A stretch of 64,000 nucleotides of DNA from Candidatus Aenigmatarchaeota archaeon. Its GTDB lineage: Archaea; Aenigmatarchaeota; Aenigmatarchaeia; Aenigmatarchaeales; Aenigmatarchaeaceae. The DNA lies in contig JAFGAZ010000020.1 of NCBI GenBank assembly GCA_016933455.1, positions 119 to 64,118 of the forward strand, given 5' to 3'. The translations under genes and the position numbers were made by a program. Numbering within the stretch: position 1 is the stretch's first letter; each line of letters begins with the position of its first letter. The notes beneath the pieces are model-generated. The model was given only the letters and a program-made list of their open reading frames with translations. It ran no database searches and had not been told where the DNA came from. Positions 54,847-63,112 of the stretch are shown piece by piece.

Positions 54847-54930
54847 GTAACTAAAATATGCGTTTTTCATTTATAATGATTTGTGTAATGCCAAATAGAT
54901 GTTTAAGTTTCCCAAAAAGACAATATCAAT

Positions 54931-55479
54931 ATGAGAGCGTTTCTTGGCGTGTCTGTTAATGATGCCCTAAAGCCCAGGATAACACAGGTACTGGACGCTT
55001 TGGACCATTTTGACGTAAAGCAGGTCGAGCCAAAGAACCTCCATTTCAATCTTAGGTTCTTTAGCTACATATCGCCTGATGATGCTGAAAATCTTAAAGA
55101 TATTGTCAGCGGCATTTCCAGAAGGCATTCGTCCTTTGAAGTCGAATTGTACGGTGTCGGGGCATTTCCGAGCAAGAATATTGCAAGGGTATTGTGGCTT
55201 GGGGTCCGCGACGGCTATGAAAAGTTCAAGAGCTTTGGCGACGACATAGAGAATTCGGTTTCCCATGCCCTTGGTTTGGAAAAGGAGAAGGAATTTAGGC
55301 CCCACATGACGCTTGGCAGGGTAAGATCTGGCAGCAACAGCAACGAGCTGCTGGTGTTTCTTAGAAAATACGAGAACATAGAGATTGGTAGAATGAGGAT
55401 AGATAAAATAACACTGTTCAAGTCTTTGCTAGAGCCCAAAGGACCAAAATACGAAGAAGTCTTTTCAATAAAAATTTAA
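54931..55479 (+). CDS. thpR: RNA 2',3'-cyclic phosphodiesterase / 2'-5' RNA ligase (2H family)
   Basis: 182 aa with two 2H-type motifs, LHFNLRF and PHMTLGR. Confidence 0.8.
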   Translation: MRAFLGVSVNDALKPRITQVLDALDHFDVKQVEPKNLHFNLRFFSYISPDDAENLKDIVSGISRRHSSFEVELYGVGAFPSKNIARVLWLGVRDGYEKFKSFGDDIENSVSHALGLEKEKEFRPHMTLGRVRSGSNSNELLVFLRKYENIEIGRMRIDKITLFKSLLEPKGPKYEEVFSIKI

Positions 55480-55626
55480 TCAAAATGTAAGAGCTTCAAT
55501 AGTTAATTTTTTTGCCAATGTGTTAATTTCAGCATTTCTTACAGCTCCTCTAAGACATGCCTTTTCAATGGCCAAATCAACACAAGCATTGACATAAGTG
55601 TCTGAAAACGTATTATATTCATCCAT
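55480..55626 (-). CDS. small hypothetical ORF (48 aa)
   Basis: Below the track cutoff. My translation is MDEYNTFSDTYVNACVDLAIEKACLRGAVRNAEINTLAKKLTIEALTF. It is preceded by the conserved TTATTACTA...GTAT leader shared with 56039..56332. Confidence 0.35.
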   Translation of the reverse strand: MDEYNTFSDTYVNACVDLAIEKACLRGAVRNAEINTLAKKLTIEALTF

Positions 55627-55716
55627 AATATATTATTACTACTAAGTAGTATATATACATATCACCACTGCAAGTGGCAAGAAAAGCCGAATTACTCAAA
55701 AAAATACTATACTTTC

Positions 55717-56061
55717 ATGGACATTCTAAAGATATCCATAGCTGTTTCCATAATAGGAATAGTTTCCCTGTTCTTCCTAACCAGGATATTCGAGGAGGAA
55801 ATAACAGACATAACGGATTTGAAAATAGGCCAGATAGAGAAGATATCGGGAATGGTGACGTCTGTTTATGTTAGCAGGGATAGCCATGTCTTCATCAAAG
55901 TTGCTGACAGAACAGGAGAAATAACAGTTGTTGCCTTCAAGAATTCTAATATAGACAAGGCATACGATCTCGAAGTCGGGGAAGAGATATCTGTTCTAGG
56001 AAGAGTTGATGAATATGAGGGGGATATAGAAATAATAGCTAGCGAGATTGAGACTCTTTGA
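55717..56061 (+). CDS. membrane-anchored OB-fold protein
   Basis: 114 aa. An N-terminal TM segment (ISIAVSIIGIVSLFFL) is followed by an OB-fold pattern like nucleic-acid-binding tRNA_anti domains (ISGMVTSVYVSRDSHVFIKVADRTGEITVVAF...ISVLGRVDEYEG). Confidence 0.6.
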   Translation: MDILKISIAVSIIGIVSLFFLTRIFEEEITDITDLKIGQIEKISGMVTSVYVSRDSHVFIKVADRTGEITVVAFKNSNIDKAYDLEVGEEISVLGRVDEYEGDIEIIASEIETL

Positions 56062-56332
56062 TATTTTTTATAATATTCTTTTTTATCAAAAAAAGAGCTG
56101 CTATTGCACCGTTATCATCTAATTCACATTCATCTTTTAAGAGAGATAACTCGTCTTCTCTATTTTTTCTGTAAATGCCGTTTCCTGTTATATGTTCAGT
56201 TCTTATACCTTTCTCGAGTTCTTCTATTACTGAATATAGTTCTATAGTTTTAGTTATACTAGGAAAAAATCCAGAATCAAAAAGTTTTTGCGTTCCTCTT
56301 GTTGGAGTAACATAATCCATATTACATCCCAT
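56039..56332 (-). CDS. hypothetical protein
   Basis: 97 aa with no motif I recognise. It overlaps the 3' end of the OB-fold gene by 23 nt. Confidence 0.45.
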   Translation of the reverse strand: MGCNMDYVTPTRGTQKLFDSGFFPSITKTIELYSVIEELEKGIRTEHITGNGIYRKNREDELSLLKDECELDDNGAIAALFLIKKNIIKNIKESQSR

Positions 56333-56362
56333 ATATTTATTACTATTTAGTGGTATTTATAT

Positions 56363-56653
56363 TTAACTTCCTCTTATCCTTTTCTTAACTTGGATGTATT
56401 TTAGTACATCCTCGACTGTAGTATTTTCCTTTCCAGGCTTTAGGCCAATTAGCCTCAGCCTTATGCCGAATTGGTCGATTGACCTGGAGTTTACAAAGAA
56501 ATCAAGGTAGTTGTTTACTATGTTTGATACTATGAACGGATTAAGGTCTAAGGCCTTTGAAATGCCTCTAATATGCAGTTCTCCGTTCTCTTTGAGCAGA
56601 TCTAAAATTTTGGCTATGTTCAAAACAGTTTTTCTATGAATTCCTTGACCCAA
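56363..56653 (-). CDS. small winged-helix DNA-binding protein
   Basis: 96 aa with a wHTH-like pattern (ILDLLKENGELHIRGISKALDLNPFIVSNIVNNYL). Its start faces the palindrome array. Confidence 0.55.
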   Translation of the reverse strand: MGQGIHRKTVLNIAKILDLLKENGELHIRGISKALDLNPFIVSNIVNNYLDFFVNSRSIDQFGIRLRLIGLKPGKENTTVEDVLKYIQVKKRIRGS

Positions 56654-57227
56654 TTATAACACCTGTTATATATACTGGTTTGGCATGCATATAAGCTTGT
56701 TCCCGAGCTATTATTAAGTCAAATGTCGTAAAAATAATATAAACTATACGTTAAAAGACGTAAAAATAGCTTCACGTGAATGTTCATATCTTCTTCATTT
56801 TTGATATCATTTCAATCACACATAATTCACACATTTGACACACAATTACAACCAAGATTTTTTCAGCTAAAAAATCTTCACGTGAATAATATATATAATG
56901 TGTAACATACCTACTATTTCACGTTATCTTCACATATGAACACGTGAACTTCACATGAATATTACGTGAATTGACGTGAACGATATGAACATTTTGTGAA
57001 CATCATATGAACTTCACATAATCTTCACGCGGGAAAACTCACAAACCTAAAAATGACATGAAGAGGACAAAAAATTCACGTGAAATTGAATGAAATTTAT
57101 CACCTTCACGTCGTGAATAAAAAATCAAGAAAAACCTTCATTTTATCTTCACAAAATCTTCATTTATGAACTTCATGTTCACGTGAAACTCAGTAAAATT
57201 TAAATACCTAATTCACGTGAATATTAT
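56654..57227. repeat. 574-nt non-coding array of TTCACGTGAA palindromes and half-sites
   Basis: Perfect 10-mers occur at 56771, 56877, 57075, 57178 and 57212. Degenerate copies include 56918, 56928, 56938, 56950, 56962, 56971, 57013, 57024 and 57105. By my count there are about 13 TTCAC and 10 GTGAA half-sites. Confidence 0.85.
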
Positions 57228-58322
57228 ATGAACATCATGAATGATAATTTTTCAAAGTGGGGCTGGACAGAAAACCCGTTTGTTCTTAGAATTGATCCTA
57301 GCCTGTTTGTCGGCTATGAAAACCAAGTCAAAGCAGCCCTAAATCATATAGAAAACAAGCACAAGATAGCCCTGATAACAGGAAGAACAGGTGCTGGCAA
57401 GACCACTTTCCTCAAATGGGTTGAAAAGAACTATGATGCATCAAAGTTCTACGTTTCCAAGCCTCCTCAGAAGCCTGAGGAGTTTGTCTCACTTTTCACA
57501 GAGCTTTTCGGAACAAGCTTTTTTGAGCGCCTTTTGGGCCAAAAACCGACCTTATACAGCCTTCCAAAATACGTGAACAAGAAGCTTGGAAATCGACACT
57601 TGGTATTTCTTTTGGACGAAATCCACGAGACTAACAAGGAAGTTCTGGAATGGCTAAGGGTCCTAATAGATCAGATAGACAACATAAGCCTTGTCATAGC
57701 CGGCATGCCTGTTGTTGACGAGAAGCTGTCAGAACTTCAGACCCTAAACCAGAGAATAACAACCAGGATAAACCTTGTTTCCCTGGACAAAAGTGAGACC
57801 AAGGAGCTCATAAAGAAGAGAATTGAGAGTGTTGGCGGCAAGGGCATTGCGCCCTTTACAGACGATACCATAAGCACGATATACGAGAAGACGGGGGGCT
57901 TTCCAAGGGAGATTCTAAAGCTGTGCGACAGGCTTGTCAACTCGGCCCTTGAAAAGGGACTGGACGTCATAACCCTAAAGGACATTGAGGAGCACAAGGA
58001 AATCGAGCTGCCAAAAGTGAGAGTTGAGGAGCCAAAGGTCACTTTTATGCCAAAACCCCCTTCTGACGAGCAGATAAGGAACCTGCCTTTCAAGCAAAGA
58101 AAGATCCTGAAATTGCTTTCAGAAAAGGACTGGCTTACCCCGACAACCATAGTCGAGGAGATGGACACTGGCTCCTACAAGTCAAAGGGCCATGCCATAA
58201 GGTCTGTGAACAATATCCTAAGAAGGCTGATGCTGGACGGCTATGTTCAAAGAGAAAGCCGGGGAAAAGCGTTCATGTACGCCCTGACCCCGAAAGTTAG
58301 GACAATGTTTGTTGAAAACTAG
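57228..58322 (+). CDS. AAA+ ATPase (ExeA/ORC-like AAA_22 type) fused to a C-terminal winged helix
   Basis: 364 aa. The N-terminus reads WTENPFVLRIDPSLFVGYE. Walker A is TGRTGAGKTT and Walker B is LLDEIHE, followed by GGFPREILKLCDRL. The C-terminal wHTH is KILKLLSEKDWLTPTTIVEEM...GYVQRESRGKAFMYALTPK. Confidence 0.75.
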   Translation: MNIMNDNFSKWGWTENPFVLRIDPSLFVGYENQVKAALNHIENKHKIALITGRTGAGKTTFLKWVEKNYDASKFYVSKPPQKPEEFVSLFTELFGTSFFERLLGQKPTLYSLPKYVNKKLGNRHLVFLLDEIHETNKEVLEWLRVLIDQIDNISLVIAGMPVVDEKLSELQTLNQRITTRINLVSLDKSETKELIKKRIESVGGKGIAPFTDDTISTIYEKTGGFPREILKLCDRLVNSALEKGLDVITLKDIEEHKEIELPKVRVEEPKVTFMPKPPSDEQIRNLPFKQRKILKLLSEKDWLTPTTIVEEMDTGSYKSKGHAIRSVNNILRRLMLDGYVQRESRGKAFMYALTPKVRTMFVEN

Positions 58323-58693
58323 ATTGAAAACGGGTTTTCGTTTGTTTTCTTGGTCTTTTCTGCTTTGGAATGTGAGAGTTCCTGATATTTTGCATATGTT
58401 GAGAGGTCTTTGTTGGTTCTGCCTGTATAATTTGAACTCTTTTGTGAGACTGGAGAATCATACGAATTAGTTGAACTGTTATTCAATGTTCCTGCAAAAA
58501 GACCTGTCATATTACCTATGGTCCTCTCGTCCTTTCTTGGCATCAGGTTGCTTAAGCATTCGTTTCTGACAACAACATAATTGCCGTTCTGCGAAAAGAC
58601 GCTGTTGTATTCGTCTGTGCTTCTCAAAGAACCGCCTTTAATTAGCATGTCTGAAACTTCTTTTGGATCTTCAAGATATTTTACTGTTTTCAT
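58319..58693 (-). CDS. hypothetical protein
   Basis: 124 aa with a Ser/Asn/Thr-rich C-terminal half. It overlaps the AAA+ gene stop by 4 nt (convergent). Confidence 0.45.
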   Translation of the reverse strand: MKTVKYLEDPKEVSDMLIKGGSLRSTDEYNSVFSQNGNYVVVRNECLSNLMPRKDERTIGNMTGLFAGTLNNSSTNSYDSPVSQKSSNYTGRTNKDLSTYAKYQELSHSKAEKTKKTNENPFSI

Positions 58694-58800
58694 AATATTC
58701 TATTGTCTGAGGTGCTATATAAAGTTATCACTAATACATAGTAAATATAATGATAGTTTTATATACTACTTATACATATACTACTATTAGGTGATAAATT

Positions 58801-58959
58801 ATGTCTTCAGAAGGTGGTGTGGCGATGAATGAAACTTTAGCGGCATATCATGCAAATAGCGAGAATGCCTCTAGAAAGAATTTCATCCAAATGGCTAAAC
58901 AAGGAAAAATAGTTGAAATAGGATATAGAGAACAAACTGGATACAACAGTCAAAGATAA
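58801..58959 (+). CDS. small hypothetical ORF (52 aa)
   Basis: Below the track cutoff. My translation is MSSEGGVAMNETLAAYHANSENASRKNFIQMAKQGKIVEIGYREQTGYNSQR. It is preceded by TATATACTACTTA, which is also found upstream of 55480..55626. Confidence 0.3.
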   Translation: MSSEGGVAMNETLAAYHANSENASRKNFIQMAKQGKIVEIGYREQTGYNSQR

Positions 58960-59006
58960 CAGTTTTTTCTCTTTTCTTTTTATTTTAAAATCTAATAATT
59001 ACTTCT

Positions 59007-59555
59007 ATGGAAAAGCTTCTAATCATAGTGGGACTTCCGGGTTCTGGCAAGTCCTTTGCTGCCGAAGTTGTCAAAGAAGAGTTCAAAGCCAGTGTTTTCA
59101 AGTCAGGTGATCTCATACGTGAGGAAATTAAAAGCCGCGGCCTCAAGTACACTCCTGAAAACGATGCCAAGATAGCCCACTGGTTCCACACAAGCGGCAG
59201 GGAAAGGCTTTTGATAAAGCGTTTGTTTGACAAGATAGAAAGGACCAACCGAAAGCTGGTTGTTGTCGACGGTCTAAGGTCAGTCCAGCAGCTAAAGTAT
59301 GTCAAGTCTCACTTTGAAAGTCCCATAATTATCTACATAAAATCGTCTTTCGAATCCCGCGCCAAAAGAGAGCTCAAGAGAAAGCGCTTCAAGAAGGGTG
59401 AGACAAAGGAATACATAAGATTCCGAGACAGGCTGGAGAAAAGCCACGGCGTTTTGGGCCTGATAAACAAGGCGAATTATACAATAGACAACACAAGCCT
59501 TACAATGCCCAGGTTCAGAAACGAGGTTATAAAACTCGTGAAAAATATCGCATAA
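59007..59555 (+). CDS. P-loop nucleotide kinase (archaeal UPF0200/adenylate-kinase-like)
   Basis: 182 aa with the P-loop IVGLPGSGKS followed by GDLIREE. The substrate is unknown. Confidence 0.6.
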   Translation: MEKLLIIVGLPGSGKSFAAEVVKEEFKASVFKSGDLIREEIKSRGLKYTPENDAKIAHWFHTSGRERLLIKRLFDKIERTNRKLVVVDGLRSVQQLKYVKSHFESPIIIYIKSSFESRAKRELKRKRFKKGETKEYIRFRDRLEKSHGVLGLINKANYTIDNTSLTMPRFRNEVIKLVKNIA

Positions 59556-59600
59556 GTTTAAATATCTTGGTTAAAAATTATACTAAAGATAAATTTTAAG

Positions 59601-59870
59601 GTGATATTTGTGCGCGATAAACTAAGGGCCAAGGAAATGGTCGGCAAGGTAATTGTTTCTGAAGACACGGGCAGAAAGTTCGGTGTCGTGGGCGATGTCA
59701 ATTTTATTACAGAATCCGGAGAGCTAATGAACATTATTGTTTCTGAGCCAACAAGGCAGGCTTTGGATTTGAAATTGGCGGAAGACGACAAGGGCAGGAT
59801 GCTCATCCCATTTTCTGCAGTGAGATCTGTTGGTGACTTTATCATTGTTGCAGAAAAAGACATTGTCTGA
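59601..59870 (+). CDS. PRC-barrel domain protein
   Basis: 89 aa with a GTG start (ATG 59637 is an alternative). It shows the PRC-barrel pattern KEMVGKVIVSEDTGRKFGVVGDVNF...LIPFSAVRSVGDFIIV. Confidence 0.65.
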   Translation: MIFVRDKLRAKEMVGKVIVSEDTGRKFGVVGDVNFITESGELMNIIVSEPTRQALDLKLAEDDKGRMLIPFSAVRSVGDFIIVAEKDIV

Positions 59871-59913
59871 TTTCTTTTTCTAATTCTTGTTTTTAATATA
59901 GTTAGAAGTGGTT

Positions 59914-60873
59914 CTATTTTTCTTCAGGATCTTTTATGCCATCAGGGGTTATGATGTATACTGCCTCGCCTTCCGGAAGGTTTGGCGAGTCGACTATTCT
60001 TGCAATCCTAGTGTTTCCCTTGGACTTTCTGACATAAAGCCTGTGCGTTGAAAAGTGGCCCAGGATGTGGCCGCCTATTGGCCTTGTGGGGTCGCCGAAA
60101 AGAATCGCGGGGTTTGCCATCACCTGGTTGGTGATGTATACCGCGACGTTGTAGACATCTGCCAGTCTTTGCAAAGTGTGCAGGTGCCTGTTTAGTTTCT
60201 GCTGCCTTGAGGCAAGCTCCCCTCTTCCTGAAAAGTCTGCCCTGAAATTAGAAGTTACGCTGTCAACTATTACCAGCTTTACGTTCTTTTCCTTTATCAT
60301 CTCTCCCACATGCTCGGCCAGAACCATCTGGTGGTCCGAGTTGTAGCACCTTGCGACAAAGATGTTTTCCAACACCTTGTCAGCATCCATGCCCTCGGCC
60401 TCTGCAATCTGCCTTATCCTTTCAGGCCTGAAGGTGTTTTCAGCGTCAAGAATTATGACATTGCCCGCAACCCCGCCCTCGTCAATAGGCTTTTGCGCAT
60501 TCACCGCTATCTGGAACCCGACCTGGGTCTTTCCTGATCCGAACGCTCCGTGGAACTCTGTCACAGACTGGGTCTCGATTCCTCCCTCCAGAAGCTTGTC
60601 TAGGTTCTCGCTGCCGGTCGATATCTTCCTTATCTGAAGCCTCTTGTCGTCGACCTCCTTTCCTGTTTCGAAACCGATGTCTAGTTCCTCTCTTGCGGTG
60701 TTTATTATCTTGGTTGCCGTAAGCTCGCCAACATTGGCAGTGTCCCCAAGCTCCTTTGGAGAGGCGGCTGCAATGCTCATCATGTCGATGTAGCCTGCCG
60801 CCTTTAGCTTCTGCCCTATCTTCTCGCCCACTCCGGGCAAATCAGATACATTGGTTATCTTCTTTTTGGCCAT
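59914..60873 (-). CDS. radA: DNA repair and recombination protein RadA
   Basis: 319 aa with an N-terminal HhH ([12 protein letters not shown]), Walker [10 protein letters not shown] and Walker B LVIVDS. Confidence 0.92.
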   Translation of the reverse strand: MAKKKITNVSDLPGVGEKIGQKLKAAGYIDMMSIAAASPKELGDTANVGELTATKIINTAREELDIGFETGKEVDDKRLQIRKISTGSENLDKLLEGGIETQSVTEFHGAFGSGKTQVGFQIAVNAQKPIDEGGVAGNVIILDAENTFRPERIRQIAEAEGMDADKVLENIFVARCYNSDHQMVLAEHVGEMIKEKNVKLVIVDSVTSNFRADFSGRGELASRQQKLNRHLHTLQRLADVYNVAVYITNQVMANPAILFGDPTRPIGGHILGHFSTHRLYVRKSKGNTRIARIVDSPNLPEGEAVYIITPDGIKDPEEK

Positions 60874-60885
60874 AGAATCATACTA

Positions 60886-61920
60886 TTACATGTTCTTTTT
60901 CAAATTATTTATTAGTTTATTTACCTGCTCTTTCATGTCAACTTCCTTGACATCGTTTGCCACAAACTCAAGCCTCTTAAACATCTTGTTTTTCCTAACC
61001 CTTCCGGATATCAAAAACTCCTTTCCCAAAACATCCAGGTCCCCAAAGAAGGTGTCCTCCTTGTCCAAGACCTCGTCCATGCTCATGCCTATCAGCTTTA
61101 GCGCGTTGTCTCTAAAGAAAACAACCCTTATGTTCCCTGTTCCGTCGTCAACAACCCCTGACAGCACCATGTTCTTTTTCGGCTCGACCTTCCCGTGGTC
61201 TGCGCACGTGTAATCGTTATCCTTGGTAACTCTTTTTCCGCATTCCGGGCACACCGTGTAGAAGAAGTTGGTTTCGAACAACTGCACAACAGCTGCCCTA
61301 ATTTCCGTCATGTCCCCTTCCTTTAGTTTCTCTATTGTGCTGAACTGCTTTGCGGAAGGCGCGGGAGCTGTCTTGGCAAGCTCTGGCAGCTCGCTGTCAT
61401 CAAGAAGCTTGAGGCCCCCTGTCTTGCTCAGCCTTATCTCGGCCCCTCCCCTTGGGTCAGGCCTTGTATAGCCTCCGAACACCTCGACTGCCATGCCCTC
61501 CTTTACCTTCCCTATTATCTCTGTCTGCGCGTCCCAGAGGGTAAGCCTTATGGTGCCCGACTCGTCTGCAAGAACAATCGATGCCACCTTGCCCTTTCTC
61601 CCCTTGCTCTCGAACTCCTTTACCGGAAATATCCTGGCTATCCTTGCCTTGATGTTTAGAATCCTGATCTTTGGTACGATGTTTTTTATCTGAAGACGTC
61701 TTTCCTGCTTTTTTGGGAAAAGCTCAACCCCTAGCTCCTTTGCTATGATGTATGCTGCCCCGTCCTTTGAAACGAGATTTGACAGCTCCTTTTGCTTTTC
61801 TATTATCCTTTCCTGGAGGTCCTCGTCGGATAACTTTGTCTTTTCTTTTATCTTGTTTAGAATCTCTTCATAGTCCATGAAATCAATTGTGGTTAGAAAT
61901 TTATATTGTTTCTTGACCAC
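60886..61920 (-). CDS. replication protein A (OB-fold ssDNA-binding protein with zinc finger)
   Basis: 344 aa. Two OB-fold units are followed by CPECGKRV...YTCADHG and a further OB segment. It is adjacent to radA. Confidence 0.8.
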   Translation of the reverse strand: MVKKQYKFLTTIDFMDYEEILNKIKEKTKLSDEDLQERIIEKQKELSNLVSKDGAAYIIAKELGVELFPKKQERRLQIKNIVPKIRILNIKARIARIFPVKEFESKGRKGKVASIVLADESGTIRLTLWDAQTEIIGKVKEGMAVEVFGGYTRPDPRGGAEIRLSKTGGLKLLDDSELPELAKTAPAPSAKQFSTIEKLKEGDMTEIRAAVVQLFETNFFYTVCPECGKRVTKDNDYTCADHGKVEPKKNMVLSGVVDDGTGNIRVVFFRDNALKLIGMSMDEVLDKEDTFFGDLDVLGKEFLISGRVRKNKMFKRLEFVANDVKEVDMKEQVNKLINNLKKNM

Positions 61921-61931
61921 TTTTGGGCGGT

Positions 61932-62549
61932 CTATAATTTCACGTCAGCCTTTATCATTCTGACAAGTTCCGGGAATTTTTCTATCCTAAAGTGGCCGTT
62001 CTTGCTCTTGTATATTATTATCCTGGGCTGCTTTAGGGCGTTTCTGTATTTCTCCGCATGCTCAACAGGAACGACATCATCATCCTTTGAGAACATAAGA
62101 CATAGGTTTTTCGTGTGCTTTTGCATTGCTGTCAAATCTTTCTTTAGGGCAAACCCGCTTGCAGCTGCCTTTGGAACGCTTTTGCCATAGAATGGAGGAC
62201 AAACTAGATATGTTGACAATATTTTCTTTTTGGGTTTGTTTTCCGACAAGTATTTGGCAAGAAATATGCCTCCTAGGGAGTTGCCCACAAGTATCACATT
62301 GCTTTTTAGTTTTGGAAAATGCCTTTCAAAGTGTATTTTCCATTCATTGTAGATGGCATTGTCTGAAAGAGGCATTCTTGGCCTTATTATCTGGAATTTT
62401 TTCCCAAGTGTCTTGTCAAAGTACTCACCGTGCCATCTTCTGCGCGCCTCTATCTTTATCTCTCTTGTTCTCAGGTTTTTCAGATAGTCGTGCCTGTTTT
62501 TGAAGGTCTCCCCTCCATGTACGTATAGAAGCTGGATTTTTCCTTTCAT
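61932..62549 (-). CDS. alpha/beta hydrolase (YdeN/RBBP9-like serine hydrolase)
   Basis: 205 aa with the nucleophile elbow VGNSLGG, then SKDDDVVP and a distal His (NGHF). Confidence 0.6.
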   Translation of the reverse strand: MKGKIQLLYVHGGETFKNRHDYLKNLRTREIKIEARRRWHGEYFDKTLGKKFQIIRPRMPLSDNAIYNEWKIHFERHFPKLKSNVILVGNSLGGIFLAKYLSENKPKKKILSTYLVCPPFYGKSVPKAAASGFALKKDLTAMQKHTKNLCLMFSKDDDVVPVEHAEKYRNALKQPRIIIYKSKNGHFRIEKFPELVRMIKADVKL

Positions 62550-62554
62550 AGAAA

Positions 62555-62758
62555 TCAGAGTAATTTTCTTTTCGCCCTGCTTATGTCCTCAAGCTTTACA
62601 GTCGCTCTGCCCTTGCTTTTGGCTATTGCAACTGCCTCTGAGGCAATGTCTGTTGCTGTTTCTTCCAAAAGGGCTGAAAACTCACTTATCGCATCCTTTG
62701 ATACCCTCATGTTGGTTCTTTTGAGTATCTTTTCCGCGCATGCCAGGGGGATTTCCAT
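62555..62758 (-). CDS. archaeal histone (HMf family)
   Basis: I prefer the start MEIPLACAEKILK at 62758. It is colinear with HMfB as I recall it (ELPIAPIGRIIK...RVS.DA...LEE...DIASEA...A...GRKTV..EDI). Confidence 0.85.
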   Translation of the reverse strand: MEIPLACAEKILKRTNMRVSKDAISEFSALLEETATDIASEAVAIAKSKGRATVKLEDISRAKRKLL

Positions 62759-62953
62759 AAATATCATAGGTATTTCCCGAATTTTAAGCTTTAAGCAAAG
62801 TTCGATTCAAACAGCCAATCCTCACTTTTGCGTGAGTTTCTCTTGTTTTTGCCTATTTCCATTCCCCAAGTCATCCCTCACAATCTCCACTCGAAACGGG
62901 AGGGTTAATTTCGGCATCATGAAAATCATTAATCTATAATATATATCTTATAT

Positions 62954-63067
62954 AATATATCATAAGAAATATGTCACAAAATAGATTAACCATAGAAAAT
63001 AGTAAATGATATATGTTTAGCTTTATATATCATAAATAATATATAACATAAAAGATAGTAAATGCTT
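62954..63067. repeat. imperfect direct repeat pair in an AT-rich upstream region
   Basis: TATATCATAA(G/A)(A/T)AATAT occurs at about 62956 and about 63026. CATA(G/A)AA(A/G)ATAGTAAATG occurs at 62991-63008 and 63047-63064. Both sit upstream of the wHTH gene at 63113. Confidence 0.6.
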
Positions 63068-63112
63068 AAATAAAACTTTGACCTAAAAAGTTATATAACA
63101 TCAGGTGAGAGA

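Noticed and set aside
56654-57227. Possibility that the repeat array is a CRISPR array
   Set aside because: The repeat unit is only 10 bp, palindromic and irregularly spaced (34 to 198 nt between perfect copies), with many degenerate copies. No cas genes are nearby.
55480-59006. Calling the small-ORF block an integrated plasmid or virus
   Set aside because: I found no integrase, transposase, capsid-like gene, tRNA target or flanking direct repeats. The AAA+ gene has host-like GC, about 52% in one sampled line. I kept it only as a hypothesis within the findings.
62790-62915. tRNA or C/D box sRNA in the histone-wHTH intergenic region
   Set aside because: GTTCGATTC resembles a T-loop, but I could not pair flanking T-stem, acceptor or anticodon arms on either strand. 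An ATGATGC on the minus strand lacks properly spaced D/D' (CTGA) boxes.
62583-62939. 118-aa plus-strand ORF overlapping the histone gene
   Set aside because: It is antisense to a textbook HMf-type histone fold and extends into non-coding sequence. No motif is present.
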